Positions 13,691 through 26,625 of a stretch of DNA of 64,000 nucleotides are shown one piece after another. Origin of the DNA: Lama glama (taxonomy: Eukaryota); the NCBI GenBank assembly GCA_028534125.1, contig CM052818.1, forward strand, positions 30,506,001-30,570,000, given 5' to 3'. Each line of letters starts with the position of its first letter. Positions within the stretch are counted from its first letter, which is position 1. The translations under genes and the position numbers were made by a program. The notes beneath the pieces were generated by a model. It saw nothing but the letters and a program-made list of their open reading frames with translations. It did no database searches and had not been told where the DNA came from.

Positions 13691-14289
13691 TGTTGGTAAA
13701 GTAAAGGAAAAAAGGTTAAATAGAACTTTGGAAAGAAGACAGGGTCAAGACAGAAATGTTCTTTAAGCACAGAGGAGTCTCCCCATCAAAAATCAATAAA
13801 TAACTATTGATGACAATATAGAGGAAGACAAAGCAGCATATCTGAGAGGGAGGAGAATTGCTCTTAATAAATTATTTAGGCTCATAGCCCAACTAACCTT
13901 TAGTAAGGATCTAGGCTAGGGCATTCACTTTTAACATTTTATTCATTGTTCCCGGGGGCTGCCTTTCTGGTGCTGTGCATGGGAGTGGGGCTGGGTGGGT
14001 GGAAGGACATGCTGGTAGAGAGTTTTATGGAGTGCCACTCTATGTGCTGGAATGAGATGGTGAGGGGCCCAGCTCATTCCTTCTTCCACCAAGGTGCTGT
14101 GGTGCAGAAGTATTTCTGGATCTCCTTGATAACTTCTCTAGTAATCGAGGGCTCTTAGGGACCCAACACTTTCAGAACTGATAAAAAGGAGGTGAGATTT
14201 AAAAATTCTTAGATTGGTGTGTATGTGTGTGTGTGCATGTGTGTATATTACGCAGAGAAACTCAAGTGACAAGACTGTCAAGAGCTAGG

Positions 14290-15540
14290 AAGGTCTCCTC
14301 TTTTGTATATTCCTATCTCTTGAATGGTATTTTTCAATTCTCTGATTCTTGTTTTCTGCCCACATTCTAAGTGTTCTACCACCAACATCTTCTCTTTTTC
14401 CCTCAGAGTTTTTCTGGTGGCTTCCATGGCTTCAATTTCCACTTACAGACTGATGAATCCTAGATATTTATCTTCAGCTAAAAGCCAGAGTCAGAGGCTT
14501 TCAAACATAGACGATTTCTCCTGAGAGTTCAACTAGTCAATTAAAAATAGTAAAAAATGTACTCCAGCTGTGGGGGTGGGTAGGGTTAAGTGGGAGTTAA
14601 GTGTTGGGTTACTCTTCCAGCCTAGTCAAGGAATCTAGTTATGCTGCAACAACTTAAAGAACTTTAGAAAATGTCATCAACTGCTCAGCCAGGTAAAGAC
14701 ACATATGACTCCATTTTCTGGTTACTAATATGAAATGTTCCAAAGAAAGAAACAGTTTAGCAAGGTTTTTTTTTTAAATGCCTGTTTTTCATATGAAAAA
14801 TTGGTAATGTCGTTAATACAAGCAGACATCCAGCCTCGTAAAGAAGAGCATGTTGTGCTGTGGAAATGTCTGTTAGATGGGCTTGTTGGCTGACCATGTT
14901 ATGTTAAGACATCATTTCAACCCTCACATTTCTTGAAACTGGCTTCTCCTTTCCATCTTGACTTCTGCAGCTCTGTTTTGAGTTCCCATCATCTCTCACC
15001 TGGATTAATGCAACAGCTCTCTAGCTGTTCTCTGTCCCCACGCTGCTGCTGAATGATGTGTCTGTGCTGCATGTTGGTCTGTCATGCTCCTGTCCAGAGT
15101 CCTCTGGTGACTCTACCATCACCCCTGGAATGAAGCATAATCTTCTTAACAAGGGTCTAGAGTCCTCCCAGGGCCGACTCTGCCTGTCTCCCACCTCATC
15201 TCGTATTCTTCTCCTTGGCTTCACCATATTTCTTGCAGCTCTTCAGACTCACTGACCATGTACCTACTGCTCTGTGCTTTGCTCTTGTTGATGGCTTTGT
15301 CCCAAAGCCCCACCTGGTCCCTTGCCAGCTCTTTCTTCCACCGTGGCTAACTCACCCCTTCATTCCTGATTCTGCTCAGGCTTTATCTCCTCCAGGAGTC
15401 CAAGGTGGGTTTGTCAACTTACCTCCAGGATCCCTTGGAATCCTCTCTTGTAGCTCTTGCCACTTTGAAGTGATCTCCTGGTGTCTGTTTCCTTCACTAG
15501 TCTATGAGTGCTTCTCATTTTTTTTTTTTTAATGCCCATA
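14290..15540 (+). mobile_element. L2 fragments (discontinuous)
   Basis: 'ccatggcttcaatttccacttacagactgatgaatcctagatatttatcttcagc' and 'catctctcacctggattaatgcaacagctctcta'. Confidence 0.6.
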
Positions 15541-15544
15541 CACG

Positions 15545-15740
15545 CTAATGTGTGGAGAGGCAGTGTGTATGGAGAGAGAACTGATCTAGGAATCAGAAGA
15601 TTTGTGTCTTAATCTTGAATACTAGTTACGTGTCCTTGGTCAGCATTCTGGATGATTTCTAGGGTTGTTTTAATGACCATGAGAGATAATACGTGGAAAA
15701 TCTTTTGAAGAACAAAGTGCTAAATGGATAGACAACTACT
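15545..15740 (+). mobile_element. MIR SINE (degraded)
   Basis: 'ggaatcagaagatttgtgtcttaatctt...tagttacgtgtccttgg...agggttgttttaatgaccatgagagataatacgtggaaa'. Confidence 0.65.
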
Positions 15741-15759
15741 AGTTACTTCCTAAGTCTTA

Positions 15760-16210
15760 CATTTAATAGCCTTTTGTCATTTCACATCATATAGGACCTT
15801 TCTGCATTTGGCAGGCTTATAATCATAATCTCCTCTTTTGGCTTTTATATATTCCTATCTCTTCGATGATTTTTTCAGTTCTCTGATTCTTATTTTTCTG
15901 CCTGTGTCCTAAATGTCCTGCCATTAGCATCATCTCTTCCTGTTTTACACTTTTCCTGGTAGCCGCCATGGCTTCACTTTCGGGATCTTTATCTTCAGCA
16001 CTCACCTCTCCTAAACTTCACATCTTCCTTGCTAACTGTATGCGTAGTATCTCCACCTGTGATTTGGCCCTTAGGCACATTGAAACTAATATTTCTCAAA
16101 AACAGCTCCTTCTATGCCCTACGTCTGCACCTTCTCTTCCATGTTTCCACAAATGGCACCGTCCACTCTATGAGTCAAGCTAGAAACTTTGGACACATCT
16201 TTAGCTCTAT
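15760..16210 (+). mobile_element. L2 fragment
   Basis: 'ctcacctctcctaaacttcac...tatctccacctg...aaatggcacc...caagctagaaactttgga'. Confidence 0.7.
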
Positions 16211-16229
16211 GTCTTCCTTACATTGTAGC

Positions 16230-16625
16230 AATGCGAGGAAAAGAAGGGGAAGAAATAGAGATGGGGAGTTTGGGAGGCAAATCCTTCAGTGAGACAAAGA
16301 ATACAAACGGAGGCAGGGAGGTGCTGAGTGGTGAAAGAAGATAGGCAGGGACCAGATGGCAAAAAGCCATTGTAAGGAATCTGGGCTAATCCTAGAGGCA
16401 ACATAGATCCATCCATCGGAGGGCTCTCAGGAGGGGGCATATATGATGAGTTTTGGGCTTTAGAAGGCTTAATCTGAATACAATGTGAAGAATGGATTGT
16501 AGGGGCATAGATTTGAGTCAGGAAGAGTGTCAGAACCTGGATGCAGAAGGGGAAATGGTGAGATAAAGAGGAGAAGATGAGGTCTTGAACAAAGACAAGG
16601 TATGGTCCAGCAAGAGAAAGCTGGA
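16230..16625 (-). mobile_element. L2 fragment (antisense)
   Basis: 'aaggaatctgggctaatcctagaggcaac...caatgtgaagaatggattgtaggggc'. Confidence 0.65.
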
Positions 16626-18938
16626 CTTTTAGTTGAATAAAAATCACTGGAGGGTGGCTACTTGGAAAGCTACTCCTACCTCAGCTTGTGAGACAGCGAA
16701 ATGGACAGAGAGGATTGTGTGAGTGTGAGGACTTGGTAACAAATAAACCAGCCCATGAGAATGAGGGCCAGTCTGGGCTCTGATCCATCTTTTCCCCTTT
16801 TCGGGGTTGGAGTTTACTTTGCCTGCTAAGAAGATAAGAGAAATAATCAGGAGATGATGAATGAATGAAAGTAATTTTGGAATAAACCACGAAGAACAGA
16901 ACTTGGTATTAAAAACTGGTGCATAATATTTGAAATAGGAACTGAAAGGAAAGGCTTATTTTTCTCACAAACTATAGTTGTTGATTTTTCACAAGTCCTT
17001 AACGTCTTTTTCAAGAAAGTGGATCAGTTTCGATTTCCAGCTGTAGTTCATCCCCCCAGTTACATTAGTGAGTGGTTACAAGAGGCAGTTAAAAAAAAAA
17101 AAAGCAGGTTGTTTTGTGTTGCTCAAAAGCCTATTTGAATCATTCCCCAAACATAAAGGATTCCTCCAAAGAGATAATGTTTATAAATTCACAGTGCTTC
17201 TCTGCTTATAAAAAAGCAAAGAGAAACTGAAAATTCAGGAAAGAGAAATTACTCATATATAGTGCCTCTACTAACAGAGACTTAGAATTGAACAACCAGG
17301 CAACACTGGTCGTTTTTGTTGGGAGTAACTAGAATAGGGGAGGGAGAGTAAAGCTGATTTTTTTTCAATGTGACCATGGGACAAACAAAGGGAGGTGTGA
17401 TATGGCTGAGGGTGTTAAAGGTCAGTCAATTTCCATTAGGCTCTCTTATGTTGGGAAAAAATTACCATTGCTGAAACTAAGGTTACTGGGGAAGAGATTG
17501 GAGAAGTCACCCTCCCACCTGTTATAGTAAAGGGAAGGCTTTCCCATTATCTTGATTAAATAAATTAATAAATCTTTCCTTTAAAAAGTTGATGTAAAAC
17601 TTAGCAACTTGTTTTCTTCTCTCATAAAACAGAGCTCAATGAAGATTAAACTTCATTTGAAAACTTTTCAAATTCACATATGAGCCTTGTTAGAGTACAT
17701 CCAGACACACTTGTATTGTTGCATAGTTTCATGCCCTGGCCTTTAAGAATCCTTCAGACACTGAACTTTTTATGGCCACATCTGCTCTGCAGGTGCACTG
17801 CAAGAAATGTATCCCAAGTCTTAGGCAGTCACGTCATTTCAGTAGCTGGGAGTTTGCTGCTTAAATCACCCCCACATAGATGCATTTAAAGGCAGCATTT
17901 TCATGTTCATAAATTTGCTGCTATTTTCCAGAACTAATCTTCTTGTTAAGCAACCAAACTTTCTCTTTAATGATATGCCCTCTATTCATAAATGCATCTA
18001 AGCAAACAGAGAGAGATAGATCTCAAAGTTGCCAAGAGGCAGAGGGCCTAGGTCATAGCTGTTTCTTTAAGAGAGGATGGAATATCATTTAAAATGGGAT
18101 CTGATGGCCTCGTTGAAGTACATAATGATGCTCGCTTTTAAGTGAAGATTCATTTTATAGTATTAACATTACAAATGCAAAGTGTTCCAAAGAACTAGCC
18201 ATCAAGAATGGCAAAGTTCTAAATCCTAATGACTTTATCGTGAAATACAGTTAAGAAAATCAATGATTGTTATTAATGTTGGGAGAGCAGGCCCTCAAAC
18301 GTGTCTTTTCTGTAGCTTCTAAATTCTATTGCTGAGCAGTTGAAATTCTATTGATGTGTCATCCTGACATCAGAATTGCCAATCATGCATTTTTGTTCCT
18401 TCCCTTCCTAGGATACTAAAATTAATAAAAAGAGGGAAACTAAAGAAATGACACCGAGTCAATAGGTCTGCTACATCTTGTCACTTCGTTAATTGAGGAA
18501 CCAGCAGCTGGTACTATTGCTTTTCATGGGAAAATGAGGAGGCTCAGGTGCAAATTTCCATTTCAAATATAATTTTATGAAATGAAATTGTGATCATTTT
18601 TAACTTAATAAATAGTATATTGTCTGAATAAAAGGAATATTGATAGCTGGTCAATACTTTAAATCATGCCAGTACTATGAAAAAAGCCAGAGAAATAATA
18701 TGAATTTAAGTTAACCAAATTTTACTTTATGGTTTATTCCTGTAAGAAGGAAAATTACTGCTGTGTTTCTGAAATAAAGGAACTCTTTCCTACCTTTGGA
18801 AGACGTGGTGGCTCCCACCAGTTGCAGCTGGTGTAGACTGCCTGATCGGCATCAAGCATGGCATTGGCTTGTTCCAGATGCTTGCAGTGTTGCTCAGGCT
18901 GTGTCAGAAAGTCAGACCCATGGAATCCTTTTGAGCAT

Positions 18939-19467
18939 TGTATTATTTTTGCATTGTCACTGTAACAAATTACCACCAACTTAGTGAGTTAAAGCAACAC
19001 ACAGTTGTTCTCCTACATTTCTGGAGGCCAGAAGTCTAAAATCAATTTCACTGGCCCCAAACCGAGGTGTTGGCAGGGCTGCACTCCCTCCAGAGGCTCA
19101 TGGAATCGGTTTCCTTGACTTTTGCAGCTTCTAGAGTGGAAGAGCTTGCATTGCTTGGCTCTGGTCTTTTTCTCTGTCTTCCAAGCCCACAGAGTAGTAT
19201 CTTTAAATCAATCTATCCCTCCTTCTCTGCTGAGGTTGTCACATTGCCTTCTCTCATAGTAATATCTCCCTCTGCCTATCTCTTGTAAGTCTGCATGTGA
19301 TTTGATTACATTTAGGGCCCACCTGGATAACACAAGATAATCTCCTTCTCTCAAGATTCTTATCTTAATTACATCTGTCTTGTTACCTATTATCATACAA
19401 AGTAAAGTTCATAGGTTCCGGGGATTAGGACCTGGGTATCCTTGAGGGCCATTATTCAGCCTACTAG
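18939..19467 (-). mobile_element. MaLR solo LTR (MLT1D/E-like)
   Basis: 'ctgtaacaaattaccaccaacttagtgagttaaagcaacac...ctggaggccagaagtctaaaatcaa...gggccattattcagcctacta'. Confidence 0.9.
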
Positions 19468-20139
19468 AGTCATGAATCCCCTTCTGGCTTTCCTTTCTTT
19501 GAGTGCCTATAATGTGTAGAGTTGCTGTGAAGGTCTCTCAAGATATGTTAATGAGTGAGAGTTTACCCTCAAGAAACTGAGTTTAGATGGGGAGACACAT
19601 ATGCAAATAATAATGACTGTAATGCTCAGGCACCCCAAGAGAGGTTTATAACTAGGCCTTTCACAATATTGAGGAGAGATGGTTAATTCTTACTAAGAAA
19701 CTGAGAAAGCCTTGGAGATTTGTTCTATGAGACTATTTTACGGGGAACATAAGCACTGCAATCAAGAGAAGGGTGATGAGGATGGTAAGGAGTCTGGAAA
19801 CTGCCATCTGAGGGACAATTAAATAACCTAGAGAGAAGAAAACTTGTTAGAGGATGTTTATGGGAGAAGAATTATTCTTACTTTCGGTTGCATAGGTGAG
19901 AAGAACTAAGATTAACAGGTAGAAATAATAGGGAAGCAGATTCGGCTCCACGTACAAGATCGTGTGTGCCCATGACTGAGAGTGGATAAGTAGGTGGAAT
20001 AGTGGTCTGCTGGGATTAAGGCAAGAGCATTTGTATTTTTTAAGGGAGTTTGGGATAGACATCTCCAAGGCAGATTTCTGAGTTACACAAATCAAGAAGA
20101 TTTCAAAATAACTTGGAGAAGTGATAGGAAAACTAAATC

Positions 20140-20290
20140 AGTCATGACACACTCTGCAATACTAGGTAACAAAAACACCACAAAATAGGTTTATTTATTG
20201 CTCATGCTCCATATCCATTTTAGGTTGATGAGGGGCTCTGACTTGTATTTTCCCCAATGAGGACTCCAAGCTGATAGAAGTTCCATTTGA
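20140..20290 (-). mobile_element. Old MaLR LTR fragment (MLT1J/K-like)
   Basis: 'ggtttatttattgctcatgc...aggggctctg...ggactccaagctgatagaag'. Confidence 0.5.
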
Positions 20291-20311
20291 AAAAAAAAAT
20301 GTGGCTAGAGA

Positions 20312-21042
20312 GTTTTATTTTATTTCATTTAAAACATTTTTATTGAAGTATAGTTGATTTACAATGTGTTAGTTTCTGGTGTACAGGAAAGTGATTCACA
20401 TATATATGTATATGTATACTTTTTTTCAGATTCTTTTCCATTAGAAGTTATTGCAAGATACTGAATATAGTTCCCTGTGCTATACAGTAGGACCTTGTCT
20501 ATCTATTTTATATATAGTAGTTTCTATCTGCTAATCCCAAACTCCTAATTTATTCCTGCCCCCTACTTTCCCCTTTGGTAACCATACATTTGTTTTCTAT
20601 GTCTGTAAGTCTGTTTCTGTTTTGTAAATAAGTTCATTTGTATCATACTTTAGATTCCACATACATGTGATATCATATGGTATTTGTCTTTCTCTGACTT
20701 ACTTCACTTAGTATGATAATCTCTAGGTACATCCGTGTTGCTGCAAATGGCATTATTTTATTCCTTTATATGGCTGCGTAGTATTCCATTATACACATAC
20801 CATATCTTCTTTATCTAGTCATCTGTCAGTGGACATTTAGTTTGCTTCTATGTCTTGGCTATTGTAAATAGCGCTGCTATGAACACTGGGGGGCATGTGT
20901 CTTTTTGAATTAGAGTTTTCTTTAGATGTATGCCCAGGATTGGGATTTCTGGATCATAAGGCAACTCTATTTTTAATTTTTAAAGGAACCTCCACACTGT
21001 TTTCCATAGTGGCTGCATAAATTTACATTCCCACCAACAGCT
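20312..21042 (-). mobile_element. 5'-truncated L1 3' end (artiodactyl-type)
   Basis: 'tttattgaagtatagttgatttacaatgtgttagtttctggtgtacag...ttagattccacata...ttacattcccaccaacag'. Confidence 0.92.
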
Positions 21043-21139
21043 TCCTCAGTATCCCATTTGCATGATCTTTTAGCCAAGGCCACAGATTTTAAATTACTAT
21101 TTAGTAATATCCCTTTCCCTTTCTGTTATCATTAACTGT

Positions 21140-21490
21140 ACCAGTCAGAACAGGTTAGCTTATGGTACAGCAATGAATAACCCCCAAATCTCTGTGACTT
21201 AAATTGATAAAGATTTATTTCTTGCTCTAGCAAAGTTCACTGTGGTTGGGGAACTTGCCAGAATATCTGTCTTCCATATGATGATTCTGCATTTTACCTC
21301 CATATGAACATTTTCTTCTAGGAATACTCTGACAGTGGGACAAAAGGGTGGAGGGTTGAGCCTCAGCAATGAAAGGCTTCTGTGTGGAGTTAAACTGGTG
21401 ACTTCTAATTTATTTGGTGAAAGTAAGCCACCTCTCACCGTAAGGAACAATAAGCCTGAAATGAAAAGAATTAGACGTCCCTGATATCTG
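21140..21490 (-). mobile_element. Old MaLR LTR fragment (MLT1K/L-like)
   Basis: 'gtcagaacaggttagcttatggtacagcaatgaataacccccaaatctctgtgacttaaa...gatttatttcttgctc'. Confidence 0.65.
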
Positions 21491-21629
21491 CCATGGACGT
21501 CAGCTTATAATTTTGCCACATAAGGACATCAAACACATACACAGCATCCTACCCTCTAAAATCACCATCATTACCTAAAGAAATGACATTAGGTACAGAA
21601 TTAGTTGTTGAAAAGTGAGCACACTTTTC

Positions 21630-21950
21630 TTCTCTGTGCTCTTTCCTGTATCTGAGGGGTTGGAATGACATTTTTCAGGATATATGTCAATAGGACTCTT
21701 GGTTATATTCTTTCAATGAACGGCATTCACATGTGATTTGAAAGGGAGAAGAGAAGCAAAAGCCGTTATAGCTCCTAGGACAGTGATGAGCAGAGGGTGG
21801 GCTTTGATGAACAGCAGATATGTTCTCAGAGGCCTCTGGAAAATCACTCTACTTAGTGCTCCAAGCACGTAAGATTGCTAGTGATAGCTTCCTGAGATTC
21901 CTGCACTTTCAGGACCACAATTTCCACACTTTTGGAAGCCTCTAAGTCTG
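21630..21950. mobile_element. Probable old ERVL LTR fragment (LTR33/LTR16-like)
   Basis: 'ggttatattctttcaatgaacggcattcacatgtgatttgaaagggagaagagaagcaaaagcc' resembles a recalled consensus. Confidence 0.4.
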
Positions 21951-23139
21951 AGATGTATCCCTTCTTACTGGAAATATGAAGAGGGGCTTTTCTGACAAAG
22001 TATGTGGCACTAAGAAACACACCAGACCCCAAAGCCTGTGTCCAAGGAAGAAAAAGCAGGTATGTAATTTAAAAGAATGTAGATAAATGCCTGGTATAAG
22101 GAAATGATGGCATAAGGCAAATGGTTCATGTAGAGTTTCAATTACCTAAAAAAAATCAAAACACAACTCAGTAGGATAATTTTACCATAATTTCAAATCC
22201 TGTGTCAGGGAGCACAGAAGGACCTCATGGAAGACCTTCAGCTCAGGAGCCTTCTACCTGAAGGGAAAGTGTACTGCCACCCCTCACCCCCTGCCCCTGT
22301 CAGCAAACCATTTTTGTGCTTTTGATGGTTAGGGAGATAATTCCAGCATCAAGCCTGAAGCTAAATGCACAGAACAACATAGCCATGTGTCTTTCATGCC
22401 TTTTGCAGTTCTCACGTGCCATGCCATTGCTAAGTGAGCAGGAGGCTAAGTGCTTACTTCAGACATTTGGGGCAAGACTTCAAGAGAATCTGTTAGGCAC
22501 AATTTTGAATTCTCTTCAATCTGGGATGGGTTTTCAAAAGGATCCAAGACCACAAAGAGCATTTTTGGGTCTCAGCCTGCTGTTGTTTGGAATCCGGGGC
22601 CACTCCTGGCATTCTGGAGGAGCTGGAGGGCACATCTGGAGGGTTGCCTAGACTGTTCAAAGCACCCAAGAAAGCTCTCCCATTTCATATTCTCATGGGA
22701 CTGCAGAAGAATTTCCCAAGCTTGTGAATGGAGCGTTAATTCCAACTTTTATCCCTTTGGGACAGTAGAAATCTTGAAGCCCTCTTTAAAAAGCACAGCA
22801 TTCAGAGTGGAGGAGCAGACAAATTTTAAAAAGGGGTGGGGGCGTGTCCTCACAAAAAGTTTCTTTCAGAATGGGAGATGCTGCATGTTGACAGTACTGA
22901 GATGACCTTGTCAAACTCCCGTTGCTCTGTGCACAGCCGTGTTTTGGCAGAGGCTCAGAGAACTGGACGGAAGTAAGACACGTGTAAAAGGGAAAGCTCC
23001 AGGCTGGAAGAGAGTAGCACCACCGCTGTCTCCAGCTCTCCTCCTTCTGGAGTTTGCCCTTACAAATCACCCCTGGGTTTTCAGTTGTGCAGGGGAGATG
23101 CCACCACTACATAGAGCCACCAGGGCAGGGTTCCTTCCA

Positions 23140-23290
23140 GGGTGCTTTTGGACCACCTGCATCAGTGTCACTTGGAGCGACACTAAAAATGCTGATTCCT
23201 CATCGCTAGTCCAGACGCCCCCTGTATCTGTAGTTAGAGAAGATTCCCTTGGTAATTCTTACACATTGATGTTGAGACCCACTTCTGCAG
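23140..23290. mobile_element. MER5-like hAT-Charlie MITE
   Basis: 'tgcatcagtgtcacttggag...taaaaatgctgattcct...ggtaattcttacaca...ttgagacccact'. Confidence 0.55.
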
Positions 23291-23309
23291 GAGCTTTTTG
23301 TTACCCAGT

Positions 23310-23585
23310 GCTAACATTGAATGCTAGTTATGCACCAGGTATCATTCTAAGAGCTTTATCTCTATTATTTCATTTAACCTTGACACTATTCTGCAAGGTA
23401 AGAGCTATTACTGTCTCCAGAATTTTTACAGAAGCCGAACCTGAGGCACAAGGGAAAAATATAACTTGTTTCTGGTCACTGAGTAATTAGTATATAACTT
23501 GTTTCTGGTCACAGAGTAATTAATGGATTTGAACCTAGGCAGTCTTACTACAGAAAGCATGTTCTTAGTCACTACACTATACCCT
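23310..23585 (-). mobile_element. MIR SINE containing a 33-bp tandem duplication
   Basis: 'tttacagaagccgaacctgaggcaca...ggatttgaacctaggcagtct'. The duplicated unit is at 23459-23491 and 23492-23524. Confidence 0.8.
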
Positions 23586-24699
23586 GTGAATTTATCCTTT
23601 TTCTAACTTTGGCTAAGACAAATTAGATTTTTTAAAACGATGAACTTTCCTAAGAGATGAAAGGAAATTGCATTTTCAGAGAATTTCTTTATCCCTACAT
23701 CACAAGATGTCTGGGCATGGTTGGTTTGGTTGGCATAGCTTCCCCGGCACAGAGTTGTCATCTTCTTCCTGTCCCTAACTCATAAGGAGACACATTGCCC
23801 CAATTCTGCTCCAACCTACATTCCAACCCTACCTCCCGCTCCCCAGTGGGAACCCAGCTCCTGGTTGGCTGGTCTGTGTACTTCCTCATACCTACAACTT
23901 GGCCCAGTGAGGTTGCTCTGGTCTTCTTCCCAGTAGTGGACAAATGTATTCTCATACAAGCTTCAAGACCGGCCAGCTCAGATCTTCCTTTCTCAGAAGC
24001 TGCCAGGAGACCCACCAAGGACCTTCTCCTGCAAGGTCTCAAGCCCAATTTTTGGGCCTGTGTCAGCTTCCTGGGTTCTTGTCTTTCCTACAGCAGGTGG
24101 CAGCACATAGCTACCTCTCCTCTTGAAGCTTCTCTGGTGGGAGGGGTTCTGTTCTGTTTATAACAAACGGAGTGTGGGACCCAGTTTCCTCACCGTTCTA
24201 GAGGGAGACATGCAGCCCTTTTCATTTGAAGGGTTTTGATCCCATTCATTATGTAAACATGGCAAATCGTGCCATTTAAGGAACTTTATTCTTGTTGTTG
24301 TGCCTGATATACAGCTTTTAATTCTCTTCCTGAGATGGCTCCTGAGATGGACTGCCTGCTCCTTATATGTTCCCTGAGGGTGAAGTTTCATCAGCCCCTC
24401 TCCTCCTCCTGTCAACACCAACAAGTGATGTTGCCAGTGCAGTGCTCCCTGTCCTAAGTGGGCCTCTTCTGTTCCAACTGCTGAAATCCATGTCACCAAG
24501 CCTGTGTCCTGCTCAGGAAGGGCTGATTTGGGATGTTTCCTCTCACCAGTCTTCCCTGCCCATTTCTTCCCGAGATGAACTCCTCAACTTTTAGGCCATG
24601 TGTGAGAGAACGGTCCTTCACTTCCTTTACAACCACTTCTACTTGTGTAAGTGCTTCACTTTGATATTGTGATAATGTAATAAAGTGGTGTAATAGTAA

Positions 24700-26042
24700 C
24701 AGTCTCTTCAGCAACTGGTGTTGGGAGAACTGGACAGCAGCATGTAAATCAGTGAAGCTAGAACACTCCCTTACACCATACACAAAAATAAACTCAAAAT
24801 GGATCAAAGACTTAAACATAAGACAAGATACAATAAACCTCCTAGAAGAGAACATAGGCAAAACATTGTCTCACATACACTTCAAAAATGTTCTCCTAGG
24901 GCAATCTACACAAGCAATAGTAATAAAAGCAAGAATAAACAAACGGGACCTAATTAAACGTACAAGCTTCTGCACAGCAAAGGAAGCCATAAGTAAAACA
25001 AAACGACAACCTACGGAATGGGAGAAAATTTTTGCAAAAGATGAGACTGACAAAGGCTTGATCTCCAGAATATATAAGCAGCTCATATGACTTAATAAGA
25101 AAAAAACAAACAACCCAATCCAAAAATGGGCAGAAGACCTAAACAAGCAATTCTCCAAGGAAGACATACAGATGATCAATAGGCACATGAAAAAATGCTC
25201 AATATCACTAATTATCAGAGAAATGCAAATCAAAACTACAATTAAGTATCACCTCACACCAGTCAGAATGGCTGTCATTCAAAAGTCCACAAATGACAAA
25301 TATTGGAGAGGCTATGGAGAAAAGGGAACCCTCCTACACTGCCAGTGGGAATGCAGCCACTGTGGAAAACAGTATGGAGATTCCTCAAAAGACTAGGAAT
25401 AGACTTACCATATGACCCAGGAATCCCACTCCTGGGCATTTATCCAGAAGTAACCCTACTTCAAAAAGACACCTGCACCCCAATGTTCATAGCAGCACTA
25501 TTTACAATAGCCAAGACATGGAAACAGCCTAAATGTCCATCAACAGATGACTGGATAAAGAAGATGTGGTGTATTTATACAATGGAATACTATTCAGCCA
25601 TAAAAAGTGACAACATGATGCCATTTGTAGCAACATGGATGTCCCTGGAGAATGTCATTCTAAGTGAAGTAAGCCAGAAAGAGAAAGAAAAATACCAAAT
25701 GAGATCACTCATATGTGGAATCTAAAAAAAAAAAAGAACATAAATACAAAACAGAAAAACAGAAATAGGCTCATAGACATAGAATACAAACTTGTGATTG
25801 CCAGAGGGGATGGAGGTGGACGGGACAGAGTAGGAGTTCAAAATTTGTAGATACTGAAAGTTTTATATAGAATAGAAAAGATTATACTGTATAGCACAGA
25901 GAAATGTATACAAGATCTTGTGGTAGCTCATGGTGAAAAAGTGTGTGACAATGAATATACATATGTTCATGTATAACTGAAAAATTGTTTTCTACACTGG
26001 AAATTGACACAAAATTGTAAACTGGCTATAACAATAAAATAA
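24700..26042 (+). mobile_element. Young 5'-truncated camelid-type L1 (ORF2 C-terminus, 3'UTR, A-rich tail) with TSD
   Basis: ORFs 24752-25090, 25172-25396 and 25303-25725 give a near-intact ORF2p C-terminus (LTPYTKINSKWIKDL; CTPMFIAALFTIAKTWKQPKCP). TSD is aataaagtg(g)tgtaatagtaa at 24679-24699 and 26043-26062. Confidence 0.97.
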
Positions 26043-26379
26043 AATAAAGTGTGTAATAGTAAATACATTAAATAAAGTGAAAATTTAATTAAAATAATTA
26101 AATTAATTTAATTAAAATGAAATAAAATTAAATTCTGTAAAATTAAAATCTTGACTATTTCCCTTCTGAAAGGAAGCCAAGAGAAGCAGAGAGAAAGTTT
26201 GATGAAGCCACATCAGGGCTCATGATCTAGCCATTGTGTCTTCTTTAACAGGAAGAGAAGAACTTATTAGACATTTCTCAAGCCAGGAAAAGGAGGAAAT
26301 CTGCTACTGCTCTGGTTTGGAGGTTAGTCAATGATGTCAGGCAGAAAAACCCTGGGGAAGATGGAGTGAGTCCTGGAGG

Positions 26380-26625
26380 GCACTATAGTGTAGGGGCTAA
26401 ACAGTGGAGTTTGGAGACCAAATGGGCTAAGTCTGAATCTCTGCCTGTCCCACTTACCAGCTATGGGAAGTCAATGCAAGCAAGTCAATGAATTGCCATG
26501 TCTCAGTGTTCTTATCTGTTGAAGGATGGTAGTCCTACCTACTTGTAGGGATGTTGTGAAGACTCAGTTAACATATGTGAAGTGCAAGGACAGCACTTGG
26601 CCTTGAGGAAGTGCTACATACGTGT
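26380..26625 (+). mobile_element. MIR SINE
   Basis: 'ctgaatctctgcctgtcccacttaccagctatg...tctcagtgttcttatctgt...cctacctacttgtagggatgttgtgaagact'. Confidence 0.8.

Noticed and set aside
22316..24163. Cluster of 95-183 aa ORFs
   Set aside because: They overlap in several frames and strands, show no recognisable domain, mostly lack ATG starts, and run into MER5/MIR sequence.
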